From Paludibacteraceae bacterium (GTDB taxonomy: Bacteria > Bacteroidota > Bacteroidia > Bacteroidales > Paludibacteraceae), in contig JAFOFC010000052.1 in the NCBI GenBank assembly GCA_017387515.1, forward strand, positions 2,773 to 66,772: 64,000 nucleotides of DNA, in the 5' to 3' direction. The notes below the pieces were generated by a model, which saw nothing but the letters and a program-made list of their open reading frames with translations, made no database searches and was not told the DNA's origin. The position numbers and the translations under genes are program-made. Below, one piece after another: positions 1-8,349 of the stretch (position 1 is the first letter of the stretch; every line of letters begins with the position of its first letter).

Positions 1-1100
1 GCACCGTCTGCAGTTGCTTTAGCAATAGCTTCGGCAATAGCGCGAGAACCAGCGGTAAAGTTGTCAAATTCAAATACACCAGCAGGGCCGTTCCACAAAA
101 TGGTTTTAGCACCTTCGATAGCAGCTGCAAATGCTTTTTGAGTGTCAGGACCAGCGTCCAAACCTTCCCAACCTTCTGGGATAGCGTTAGCAGGAACAAC
201 TTGGGTGTTAGCGTCGTTAGAGAAATCGTCAGCAGCAACACAGTCGGTACCCAATACCAAGTTTACGCCTTTTGCTTTAGCTTGTTCAATAATATCCAAT
301 GCCAATTGCAATTTGTCGTCTTCGCAGATAGATTTACCAATTTGACCACCTTGTGCTTTAGCGAAAGTATAAGTCATACCACCGCAAAGAATTAGGTTGT
401 CTACTTTGTCCATCAAGTTTTCGATGATACCGATTTTGGTAGAAACTTTAGAACCACCCATAATAGCGGTGAAAGGACGTTTGATGTTGCTCAAAATGTT
501 ATCAACAGCTTGTACTTCTTTTTCCATCAAGTAGCCCAACATTTTGTTGTCTGCGTCAAAGTAATCAGCAATAACAGCAGTAGAAGCGTGTTTGCGGTGA
601 GCAGTACCAAATGCATCGTTTACGTAGCAATCTGCGTAAGAAGCCAATGTTTTAGCAAATTCTTTTTGAGAAGCTTTCATGGCTTTTTTAGCATCTTCGT
701 AAGCAGGATCTTCTTTGTCGATGCCTACAGGTTTGCCTTCTTCTTCGCCGTAGAAACGTAAGTTTTCTAGCAACAAAGCTTCGCCAGGTTGCAAAGCAGC
801 AGCAGCGTCAGCAGCTTTAGCGCAGTCGTCAGCAAAATTTACTTTAACGCCCAATTTTTCTGCTACAGCGTCTACAATTTGGCTCAACGAATATTTAGCA
901 TTCACTTTGCCTTTTGGTTTGCCCATGTGCGACATAATGATTACGCTACCACCGTCTGCCAAGATTTTTTTCAAGGTAGGAAGTGCGCCACGAATACGGG
1001 TGTCGTCGGTAATTTTACCGTTTTCATCCAAAGGTACGTTGAAGTCAACGCGAACAATTGCCTTTTTGCCGGCAAAGTTGAAATTGTCAATAGTTTGCAT
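1..1100 (-). CDS. pgk: phosphoglycerate kinase; about the first 366 codons, with the 3' end running off the left window edge
   Basis: Not in the supplied ORF track because it is open at the window edge. My translation of the reverse strand from the ATG at 1100-1098 reads [64 protein letters not shown]...[14 protein letters not shown]...[16 protein letters not shown]...[13 protein letters not shown]. These are classic PGK motifs, and the frame stays open to position 1. Confidence 0.9.
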   Translation of the reverse strand, partial: MQTIDNFNFAGKKAIVRVDFNVPLDENGKITDDTRIRGALPTLKKILADGGSVIIMSHMGKPKGKVNAKYSLSQIVDAVAEKLGVKVNFADDCAKAADAAAALQPGEALLLENLRFYGEEEGKPVGIDKEDPAYEDAKKAMKASQKEFAKTLASYADCYVNDAFGTAHRKHASTAVIADYFDADNKMLGYLMEKEVQAVDNILSNIKRPFTAIMGGSKVSTKIGIIENLMDKVDNLILCGGMTYTFAKAQGGQIGKSICEDDKLQLALDIIEQAKAKGVNLVLGTDCVAADDFSNDANTQVVPANAIPEGWEGLDAGPDTQKAFAAAIEGAKTILWNGPAGVFEFDNFTAGSRAIAEAIAKATADG

Positions 1101-1126
1101 GATGTTTATTGTTTAGTGTTTAATGT

Positions 1127-1615
1127 TTAATGTGCGTTTTTTTGTGGAATAGCCATTAAAATAACCCAAAAATCGCCTCGCTGTGCAATGCCTACATAGG
1201 TCATCTTTCTGTTTAGCAGGTTTTTGCAAGATTGAGGATTGTTTAACCAATGGTCTAATACCATGTCAAAATTTCCCTTTAAATAGGCTATGTTTTCAAC
1301 GCAAGCTTTGGCTTGGTAATCGTTGGCTATTAGTCGGTCTTCTGTAGTAGTAGCATCTGTGCCCACGTGGCTTAAATAAATGTACTCGTTTTTGCCTTTG
1401 TTAGCGGCCGATAGTTGAGCGGCATAGATGCGAGCAATATCTGCCAAATCGTCGTCCCATAATAATTTAGAGGCGGGACGCATCATTTCATTGCCACAAT
1501 TGCAACCCTCATCGCGTAAATCGTTTAGCGATTGTAAGGCTGCTTTTTGGTCAAATTGGGCAAACGCAACGGTGCAAACAAACAAGGCAATTAGTAATGT
1601 ATAGATACGTGTCAT
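1127..1615 (-). CDS. secreted CAP/SCP (YkwD-like) domain protein
   Basis: 162-aa ORF with an N-terminal signal peptide (MTRIYTLLIALFVCTVAFAQ). The layout is CAP-like: LWDDDLADIARIYAAQLS...YLSHVG...ENIAY...VLDHWLNNPQSCKNLL...YVGIA. It lies 26 bp upstream of pgk on the same strand. Confidence 0.55.
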   Translation of the reverse strand: MTRIYTLLIALFVCTVAFAQFDQKAALQSLNDLRDEGCNCGNEMMRPASKLLWDDDLADIARIYAAQLSAANKGKNEYIYLSHVGTDATTTEDRLIANDYQAKACVENIAYLKGNFDMVLDHWLNNPQSCKNLLNRKMTYVGIAQRGDFWVILMAIPQKNAH

Positions 1616-1676
1616 GTAATCTTATCAATATGAGTAGCAAAGATACATATTTTTTTTTATATATAATAGGTGATAT

Positions 1677-1710
1677 AAAAAAAGAGGGCGACAAATATAG
1701 TTCGCCCTCT
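1677..1710 (-). terminator. putative intrinsic terminator after the 1735-2784 gene
   Basis: Hairpin AGAGGGCGAAC/GTTCGCCCTCT (1683-1710). On the minus strand it is followed by a T run, seen as a plus-strand A run at 1677-1683. Confidence 0.5.
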
Positions 1711-1734
1711 CAATAAGATTGTTTTATTAAGAAA

Positions 1735-2784
1735 TTACCAACTGTAGCTTAAACCTTGGGTAAAGCAGTAAGTAAGGTGGGTAGAATAGGTAGGAACTTG
1801 TCCGCCGTCCCATAAGAATTCAAAACGAGTAACGGCCGATAGCTTTTTCCAAATGCGAACATTAAGGCCAATTTTGGCAGTAATCAGTGGAAGCGCCCTT
1901 GGATTCATACAACCTTCAAAGTCGTATTTTTGGTGTCTTGCCGCTTCGTCTGTCATAATCACCTCTTCTGGAATAAGTTGGTTGTCTAATCTGTATTTGT
2001 CTATTTTGGCCAATAAGGCATCCATGCTAGGATCTTCTTTAAATTGAGGCCATAATGGTTGGGCTATCATGGCGTGTATATTAAGGGCAATGCGGTCCCA
2101 TTCGCCACCAAAGTGTACCGAAGCCATTAAACGAGTATCCCATTGCATTCTGTAACCAGCAGCATCGGCACCAACGTACTCTTTTACTTTTTGTACATCT
2201 TCGTCGTTGCCCAAAATGGTGGGTAGGTAGTTGTTGTAAAGGTCTAAGTTGGTAGGTTGTTTAATAACGCGCCAGTACTGCATACCCGCCATTAAACCCA
2301 CGCTAGGTTCAATAAACATGTTGGGGTGCTCGCGCAAGGGTTGCCATGTAACGCTGGCACCTAGCATGGCGCGGTCGTGCAAGTCGCGGCAATAATCGTA
2401 TTGGTACGTAGCAAAAACAGAAAAGAATTGCTTGGTTTTTTCGCGTTTGTCTTTTTCTATGTTAAACTGAAAAAAATCACCACCCAAATAGAAGAAACCT
2501 TTGTTACCATTGTCGTAAATATCGGTAGTATTGTATGCCACGTTACCCGCAAAACGCAATTTATGTTTGGTAAAGGCGTAAATTAATTCAATGTTGGCAT
2601 CTAATTCTACTTTAAAATTGTCGGTTTGCTCTACTTTTAAAAGCGCTTCGGCGGTACCGTGTAGTTTGTTAACTTTTACCGAATCCAACAAGGTTTTAGT
2701 GGCTAGGTAACTTTGTGCACTTGCTGTGCCAAGGGATAGAACGCTTCCTAGTGCCCAAATGGCAATGATTTTTTTCCAATTCAT
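1735..2784 (-). CDS. hypothetical outer-membrane beta-barrel-like protein
   Basis: 349-aa ORF with a signal peptide (…LSLGTASAQS), alternating amphipathic segments and a C-terminal aromatic residue (…GLSYSW) typical of OM barrels. I do not recognise a specific family. Confidence 0.4.
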   Translation of the reverse strand: MNWKKIIAIWALGSVLSLGTASAQSYLATKTLLDSVKVNKLHGTAEALLKVEQTDNFKVELDANIELIYAFTKHKLRFAGNVAYNTTDIYDNGNKGFFYLGGDFFQFNIEKDKREKTKQFFSVFATYQYDYCRDLHDRAMLGASVTWQPLREHPNMFIEPSVGLMAGMQYWRVIKQPTNLDLYNNYLPTILGNDEDVQKVKEYVGADAAGYRMQWDTRLMASVHFGGEWDRIALNIHAMIAQPLWPQFKEDPSMDALLAKIDKYRLDNQLIPEEVIMTDEAARHQKYDFEGCMNPRALPLITAKIGLNVRIWKKLSAVTRFEFLWDGGQVPTYSTHLTYCFTQGLSYSW

Positions 2785-2964
2785 GTTAAGAGATCTAAAA
2801 GATTTTTTTTATATTTGCACGATATACTTGGTGCAAAAACAATAGTCTAGTTTAGGTGCGCAAAAGTACACATTTTTATGTACGTAGCATCTTCCTAAAT
2901 ACTAATTTGCATTAAAAAAACAAAAAACAATCAATAACCTTATAATCTGAACCTTACCTTTACT

Positions 2965-5640
2965 ATGAAAAGAACACTACGACTTGTGTTATGGGCTGTT
3001 CTAGCCTTGTTTTGTACGCTTCCCATGCGTGCTGCCGACCCCGAAAAGAAAATTGTATTGCAAGCTTTTTGGTGGGATTTTGAAAATTGGAATTTTGTTA
3101 GTTCCTATGCCAACTATTTAACAGAACTTGCTCCCCGCTTAAAAGAAGCCGGCATCAATGCCGTTTGGGTACCACCTTTTGTAAAAAACAAACAAGGTGC
3201 TTCGTTCACCGTGGGTTATTCTCCTTTTGATGCGTACGATTTGGGCGATAAATACCAAAAGGGAGCTACCACAACCCACTTTGGAACCAAAGACGACATA
3301 CTCCGTATGATAGCCGTGATGCACGCCAATGGCATTGAAGTGATAGCCGATGTGGTTCTTAATCACGTGGACGGTGCAGGTGGCGAAAACGGTGCTGCTG
3401 GTGGTGAAGACCCTAAAGCGTACGATGGTACGTACAAGAACTTCCGTTACGTATGTTACGAAACACCTTATGTAGATGGTGGTCAAACCGATTATTGGAA
3501 TCGTAAAGGCCGTTGGCCCAAAAACTGGCATAATTTTCATGCCAACGAAGGTCATTTAAGCAATGATGGTGATTGGTGTGCAGGCTGGTTTGGACCAGAC
3601 GTTTGTTACTACGAAGGTGCCTACGGACAAAGTTCAAATGTAAAAGGATATAATCCTGTACAGGATAAAAACTACATGCGCGACCAAGCACGTGCTTGGC
3701 TTATGTGGTTTAAAAAACAAACCGCAATAGATGGTATTCGTTGGGATGCTGTGAAACACTTCCCAGAATGGGCGCAACAAGACTTTTTGTATAATTTGAT
3801 GTATGTCTTGCCCGATTGGTGTAAAGGTGGTCAGGATATGTTTAATGTAGGCGAATTTATAGGTAGTAAAGGTGAAATAGATGGCTATTGTCAGAAGGTA
3901 CAATATGCAAATGGTGGTAGCGAGTTTATGATGGGTGGTTACGATGTACCTTTGCGTGGCGCTATAAAAAATGGTGTGATAGACGGAAATGGTGGCGGAA
4001 ATATTGGTGCTGTGGTTGGCGAACAAATTGGCATGCGTTACAACGATTATGCCGACGGTCAACGTGTGCATCGCTCTTTAAATTATATCAATAGCCATGA
4101 TACTTTCCGTCCTACATATAATTATGATAGCCCCCAAAAAGAACAAACTGGTTGGGATACTGACAATGAAATGGGCGGACACGCAGATCCTTATAACCAA
4201 CGCATGGGTATGGCGTATGCCACCATTATGGCTATGGATGGAAACATCAGTGTCTTTATGGAAGACTTGTTTGAGTTTAGTAACGAAAATCGTTGGAATC
4301 ACATGCCTGCCGACGAAAAGTCGCTTCCCATGCGTAATTATCTTAAAAACTTAATTTGGTGCCACCAAAACCTTGCCTTTAAATATGGTGATTATAAAGT
4401 ACGTTGGCAAGACGAAGATTTGTTGGTAATTGAACGTTCGGGCAAGGCTATTATTGCTATTACCGATGATGGCGCCAATGCTCACGATGTGTGGATTGAT
4501 ACCGACTTTAGAAATGTACAATTAAAAGATTATTCTGGTGGTACAAGTGGTGAACGTACAGCGTATGGCGATGGTCGTTTCAACGTGCGTGTTACCCCTG
4601 CCGATGGAAAAGGAGGTTTAGGTTACGCAGTTTGGGCTCCTATTTATGAATCTAACTATCAACCATATCGTAATAAAGTAACCCAACAAGAATGGGAAAT
4701 GGCCGATGATTTGGGCGATAGCCACTGTAACTCGTTGGGTCAAGGCGGGGCATTGCCAGAAAAATCTTGCGAGCAACGTTTGGTAGGTAAAATTTACGTA
4801 GAAAAAGGCAAAAAAATTAGCTATAACGTTTATCAAGAAAAAACAGGTAACGATGTAACCTTTGCACTTTACGACCTAGATGGCAATCAATTACACAAAA
4901 AGAACAGCACCAAAACCATTACAGGTAGCTATACACCTACCTATACCGGTTGGGTGGCCATGAAGGTATGGAATACGGTTAATACCAATGCAGGCCAAAA
5001 ATGTTGGGTAAATGTAGCTTATCAAGCACCTGCCACGGTTACAGGTACCATGAGCGACCGCGCTGATACCCGTGCTAGCATCTGGACCGGTAATGCAGGT
5101 AATACCAACTGGAATGATTGTGGTAACTGGGAACAAGGAAAGGTGCCCAACGCATCATCTACCGTGGTGATTCCCGATAATGGCGATGTTCAACCTGTTG
5201 TTACTGGCAATGTAACCATTAAAAAGTTGTTGGTAGAAAACGGAACGGGTTCATCTTCTAACCCCGATATTGTGGTTAATGGCAAGTTAACCGTATCATC
5301 GTCAGAAAGCAAAGCCGGCACAACGTATGTATGTGGTAAAGGTACCATCAACTTAGGTACCCAAACGGGTAAGTTCGAAACGGGTAAACTAACCGATATA
5401 GACGAGTCGCAACTATACGCCGACTTAAGCATTTTCCCAAATCCAGCCACATCGGTATTGTATATTCAATCGGGCGAATTGCCACAAGGCGAAGCCTATA
5501 TTTACAATATAAGCGGTAAATTGTGCAAAACCGTTATGCTACAAGGCGAAGAGATTACTGCAGTAGAGGTAGCCGATTTGTCGGCAGGTGTGTACATTTT
5601 GCGATTAGGTACCCAAACCCAACGCTTCATCAAACAATAA
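2965..5640 (+). CDS. GH13 alpha-amylase with a PPC-like beta-sandwich region and a T9SS C-terminal sorting domain
   Basis: 891-aa ORF with a signal peptide. GH13 conserved regions are present: DVVLNHV, GIRWDAVKHF, NVGEFIGS and YINSHDTFR. The C-terminus has FPNPATSVLYIQS...GVYILRL...RFIKQ. Confidence 0.85.
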   Translation: MKRTLRLVLWAVLALFCTLPMRAADPEKKIVLQAFWWDFENWNFVSSYANYLTELAPRLKEAGINAVWVPPFVKNKQGASFTVGYSPFDAYDLGDKYQKGATTTHFGTKDDILRMIAVMHANGIEVIADVVLNHVDGAGGENGAAGGEDPKAYDGTYKNFRYVCYETPYVDGGQTDYWNRKGRWPKNWHNFHANEGHLSNDGDWCAGWFGPDVCYYEGAYGQSSNVKGYNPVQDKNYMRDQARAWLMWFKKQTAIDGIRWDAVKHFPEWAQQDFLYNLMYVLPDWCKGGQDMFNVGEFIGSKGEIDGYCQKVQYANGGSEFMMGGYDVPLRGAIKNGVIDGNGGGNIGAVVGEQIGMRYNDYADGQRVHRSLNYINSHDTFRPTYNYDSPQKEQTGWDTDNEMGGHADPYNQRMGMAYATIMAMDGNISVFMEDLFEFSNENRWNHMPADEKSLPMRNYLKNLIWCHQNLAFKYGDYKVRWQDEDLLVIERSGKAIIAITDDGANAHDVWIDTDFRNVQLKDYSGGTSGERTAYGDGRFNVRVTPADGKGGLGYAVWAPIYESNYQPYRNKVTQQEWEMADDLGDSHCNSLGQGGALPEKSCEQRLVGKIYVEKGKKISYNVYQEKTGNDVTFALYDLDGNQLHKKNSTKTITGSYTPTYTGWVAMKVWNTVNTNAGQKCWVNVAYQAPATVTGTMSDRADTRASIWTGNAGNTNWNDCGNWEQGKVPNASSTVVIPDNGDVQPVVTGNVTIKKLLVENGTGSSSNPDIVVNGKLTVSSSESKAGTTYVCGKGTINLGTQTGKFETGKLTDIDESQLYADLSIFPNPATSVLYIQSGELPQGEAYIYNISGKLCKTVMLQGEEITAVEVADLSAGVYILRLGTQTQRFIKQ
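5413..5637 (+). other. T9SS type-A C-terminal sorting domain of amylase 1
   Basis: The last ~75 aa read LSIFPNPATSVLYIQS...IYNISGKLCKTV...GVYILRLGTQTQRFIKQ. This fits the canonical PNP / G-x-Y / K-x-x-K pattern. Confidence 0.75.
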
Positions 5641-5672
5641 TAAGGAAGATTTCGTAAAAAAGGAAGATTTAG

Positions 5673-5844
5673 CACTAACGGATAGTCATAAAGCGATCCT
5701 TCCCACTTCGTGGGTCCTTCCCTTTTGGGGAGCGAATGTTGCTTTATAATTCGTACTAACGGATAGTCATCAGCGATCCTTCCCACTTCGTGGGCCCCTT
5801 CCCTTTTCGGGAGCCAATGTCGCTTTATGACTATCCGTTAGTAC
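5673..5844 (+). repeat. tandem 80-bp duplicated element with 18-bp terminal inverted repeats, in the amylase 3' region
   Basis: Copy 1 starts at 5673 (CACTAACGGATAGTCATAAAGCGATCCTTCCCACTTCGTGGGTCC...) and copy 2 at 5753 (GTACTAACGGATAGTCATCAGCGATCCTTCCCACTTCGTGGGCCC...). Copy 2 ends in ATGACTATCCGTTAGTAC, the exact reverse complement of its own first 18 nt. Confidence 0.8.
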
Positions 5845-5867
5845 TTCTTTTTGTTGTAGTTATGCAT

Positions 5868-5901
5868 AAAAAAATCCTTGTGATTCACAAGGATTTTTTT
5901 T
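5868..5901. terminator. bidirectional intrinsic terminator between amylase 1 and panB
   Basis: Hairpin ATCCTTGTGA/TTCACAAGGAT (5874-5893) is flanked by an A run upstream and a T run downstream, between convergent genes. Confidence 0.7.
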
Positions 5902-5902
5902 G

Positions 5903-6724
5903 TTAATATTGTTCTTTTTCGTTTGGAAAATCGCCGCTTTTTACGTCGGCTACGTAGTTGCCAACCGCTTCGGTTATCACGCTAAATACATCCGCGTACC
6001 TGCGCAAGAATCTAGGAGAGAACCCTTGTGTAATGCCCAACATGTCGTGCATTACCAATACCTGACCATCTACACCGCCACCAGCACCAATGCCAATAAT
6101 AGGAATGTTTACACTCTCTGCTACTTTTTGTGCCAATGCAGCAGGAATTTTTTCCAAAACAATGGCAAAACAGCCTGCTTCTTCTAGCAACTTAGCATCG
6201 GCAATTAGTTTTTGTGCTTCGCTTTCTTCTTTGGCGCGCACAGCGTAAGTGCCATATTTATTAATGGATTGAGGCATCAATCCCAAGTGTCCCATTACAG
6301 GAATGCCAGCCGAAAGAATACGTTGTACCGATTCAATAATTTCTTCGCCACCTTCCATTTTAATACAGTCAGCACCTGTTTCTTTCATGATGCGGATGGC
6401 CGACGAAAGCGCTTCTAACGAGTTTCCTTGGTAGGTACCAAAAGGCATATCGCATACAACCAAGGCACGTTTTACGGCTTTGGCAACGCTTTTTGCCATA
6501 AAAATCATTTCGTCCAAGGTAATGGGTAGGGTGGTAGTGTTACCGCACATCACATTCGATGCCGAGTCGCCTACCAATAAAACATCCACACCAGCTTGGT
6601 CTAAAATAGAGGCCATAGAAAAATCGTATGCTGTTAGCATGCTAATTTTTTCGCCCCTTTGTTTCATTTCCGATAAGCGATGGGTAGTTACCTTACGCAT
6701 ATCGTCACTTTTATGTACAGACAT
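5903..6724 (-). CDS. panB: 3-methyl-2-oxobutanoate hydroxymethyltransferase
   Basis: 273-aa ORF with [33 protein letters not shown]...CDMPFGTYQ...KMEGG...[10 protein letters not shown], the typical PanB signature. Confidence 0.9.
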   Translation of the reverse strand: MSVHKSDDMRKVTTHRLSEMKQRGEKISMLTAYDFSMASILDQAGVDVLLVGDSASNVMCGNTTTLPITLDEMIFMAKSVAKAVKRALVVCDMPFGTYQGNSLEALSSAIRIMKETGADCIKMEGGEEIIESVQRILSAGIPVMGHLGLMPQSINKYGTYAVRAKEESEAQKLIADAKLLEEAGCFAIVLEKIPAALAQKVAESVNIPIIGIGAGGGVDGQVLVMHDMLGITQGFSPRFLRRYADVFSVITEAVGNYVADVKSGDFPNEKEQY

Positions 6725-6800
6725 TTCTTTATAGTTTAAGTTTCAGGCGCAAAGATAGTAATTTTTGGTGAATCGGTAAATCGGTGAATCGGTGAATTTT

Positions 6801-6879
6801 GCGAGTAAGCGAGAGCAGAACAAATTTATTTGTTATGCCGAGCGTGAGCAAAATCATGAGGGCGAAGCCCGAATAATCG
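6801..6879 (-). repeat. intergenic ~75-bp mosaic module, copy C
   Basis: The reverse complement reads GATTATTCGGGCTTCGCCCTCATGATTTTGCTCACGCTCGGCATAACAAATAAATTTGTTCTGCTCTCGC. It aligns with the copies at 28195-28270 and 39369-45. It is flanked by 8-mer arrays at 6767-6797 (GGTGAATC units) and 6887-6913 (CGATTAGT units). Confidence 0.7.
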
Positions 6880-6934
6880 AAAAAAACGATTAGTCGATTA
6901 GTCGATTCATCGGAGCTTTGCTTGCAAAGCGACT

Positions 6935-7639
6935 TTAATTAGATAAATAGTACGTAATGGACGACACCACTCTTACGCGTTTGATGTGTGGGGTATTGCT
7001 GTCGCGGTTTTCGATAGAGAATGAACCTTGGCTTGCGCGCTTAATCTTACCCAACTCGCTCTCGGAGTCTTTGGCAAATTTTTCAGCGGTTTCGCGGGCA
7101 TTTTTGGTGGCTTCCTCTACCATCGAAGGTTTTAAATCATTCAATCCCTCAAATTTAAATTCCGTTGGGTTCTCCCAACTTTCTGAAGCATTCACCACAA
7201 TACCTTCTTTTATAAGTTCGGCTTGTTTGCCCATCAGTTCAATTACTTTGTCAACCTGGTTGGTACATACGGTTATAACGCTTTTGCATACGTAGCGATA
7301 CAAACGGTCATTGCCGTACTCGTTGGCAAATTTATCGGATACATTAGGTGCCGATACAGAAATCTCGGCATCTGTTATGCCGCCTTTTTTTAAGAATTCC
7401 AACACTTTCTTGTTTTTTGCCTCTACTTGTGCATTCACAGCAGGTAAGTCATCGCCCATTACCTTGAATACGATGGGCCAAATGGCTTTATCGGCTTTTA
7501 CTTCGCGCTCGCAAAGTCCTTTTACATCTACCGTGCGTGTGTACGACATGTATTTGTTTACTGCTACAGGAATCATGATTCCCATAACTATCAGGCCTAT
7601 CATTACGCTAATGCCTGCATAAATTTTTCCTTTGTCCAT
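6935..7639 (-). CDS. SIMPL (DUF541) domain protein with an N-terminal membrane anchor
   Basis: 234-aa ORF with one N-terminal TM helix. The layout is SIMPL-like: ...VDVKGLCEREVKADKAIW...ITDAEISVSAPNV...EEATKNARETAEKFAKDSESELGKIKRASQGSFSI. Confidence 0.6.
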   Translation of the reverse strand: MDKGKIYAGISVMIGLIVMGIMIPVAVNKYMSYTRTVDVKGLCEREVKADKAIWPIVFKVMGDDLPAVNAQVEAKNKKVLEFLKKGGITDAEISVSAPNVSDKFANEYGNDRLYRYVCKSVITVCTNQVDKVIELMGKQAELIKEGIVVNASESWENPTEFKFEGLNDLKPSMVEEATKNARETAEKFAKDSESELGKIKRASQGSFSIENRDSNTPHIKRVRVVSSITYYLSN

Positions 7640-7666
7640 GTTTTTGTTGTTTATACGTTGAATTGT

Positions 7667-7701
7667 GATTCGGTCACTGAGCTTGTCGAAGTGCCCGAAT
7701 C
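7667..7701 (+). repeat. conserved-loop hairpin repeat, copy 1
   Basis: GATTCGG-T-CAC TGAGCTTGTCGAA GTG-C-CCGAATC. The arms are perfectly complementary apart from a T/C mismatch, and the loop is identical to the copies at 27230-65 and 43583-611. Confidence 0.75.
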
Positions 7702-7788
7702 AGAGCTTCGTTCATGAAGTCACTAACAAAAGTAGCACTAATTTGCCATATCGTGCCCATTGTGTTAATTTTTTAGTTATTTTTAAAT

Positions 7789-7875
7789 AAGATAAACGGC
7801 ACCTCGGCAATGACCGATTGTGTTATCTTTACTCGCATTCGCTCGTGAAGATAAACGGCACCTCGGCAATGACCG
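7789..7875 (+). repeat. 28-bp perfect direct repeat, two copies with a 59-bp period
   Basis: AAGATAAACGGCACCTCGGCAATGACCG occurs at 7789-7816 and 7848-7875. The spacer contains ATTCGCTCGTGAAG, which resembles the CTTCGCTCATGAAG motif of the mosaic module. Confidence 0.85.
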
Positions 7876-7992
7876 CAAACTGCGTTTGCTTTTACGTCAA
7901 TATTTTCTGCACTAATTTTATGCAAGCATACATTATTGCATAAAATATTGCCTAAAAAACTTCGTTTTTTTGTCATTGCTCTCGGTTTGTAT

Positions 7993-8000
7993 TATCTTTG
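7993..8000 (+). promoter_or_regulatory. putative Bacteroidota -7 promoter box (TAnnTTTG)
   Basis: TATCTTTG lies 17 nt upstream of the ATG at 8017. The call rests only on the consensus match and position. Confidence 0.35.
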
Positions 8001-8016
8001 TAAAAAATATACCTTT

Positions 8017-8349
8017 ATGAATACACAAAACGATACCAGCTGTTTAGAATACGATGACCAAGCAGCCATTGCGTTCATTATGAAACGTTTACCAGAAAAT
8101 CTTCGTGCTATTATAGAAGACGATGACGTACAATACCTATTGGACCTTATGTACGAATATTACGAAGAAAACAATCTGTTAGACGAAGAAACCGACGAAA
8201 CGGTAGAAATTGCCGAAGACGATTTGATTCAGTACATTTTACGCGCAGCTAAAAAAGACGGTATTTGTGCCGATAAATTTACCGAAGAAACGGTACAAAC
8301 TTTGCTAGACATCGAGTTTGAATATTCCAAGTCGTTAGGCGTTTATTAA
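8017..8349 (+). CDS. small acidic hypothetical protein (110 aa)
   Basis: The track ORF starts at 7936. I prefer the ATG at 8017 (MNTQNDTSCLEYDD...), which lies downstream of the TAnnTTTG box. The upstream 27 codons overlap repeat DNA. The protein is rich in D/E. Its stop abuts the GTG start of the next gene. Confidence 0.4.
   Translation: MNTQNDTSCLEYDDQAAIAFIMKRLPENLRAIIEDDDVQYLLDLMYEYYEENNLLDEETDETVEIAEDDLIQYILRAAKKDGICADKFTEETVQTLLDIEFEYSKSLGVY

Noticed and set aside
5502-5786. A 94-aa minus-strand ORF spanning the end of amylase 1 and the 80-bp tandem element.
   Set aside because: It overlaps the amylase CTD coding region in antisense. Its repeated peptide (YPLV...) simply mirrors the DNA duplication, and no promoter or RBS context supports it.
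7789-7875. A possible CRISPR array, suggested by identical 28-bp repeats with a ~31-bp spacer.
   Set aside because: There are only two repeat copies. No cas genes occur anywhere in the window, and the spacer contains motifs of the local mosaic repeat family. The same reasoning excludes the 80-bp tandem at 5673-5844.
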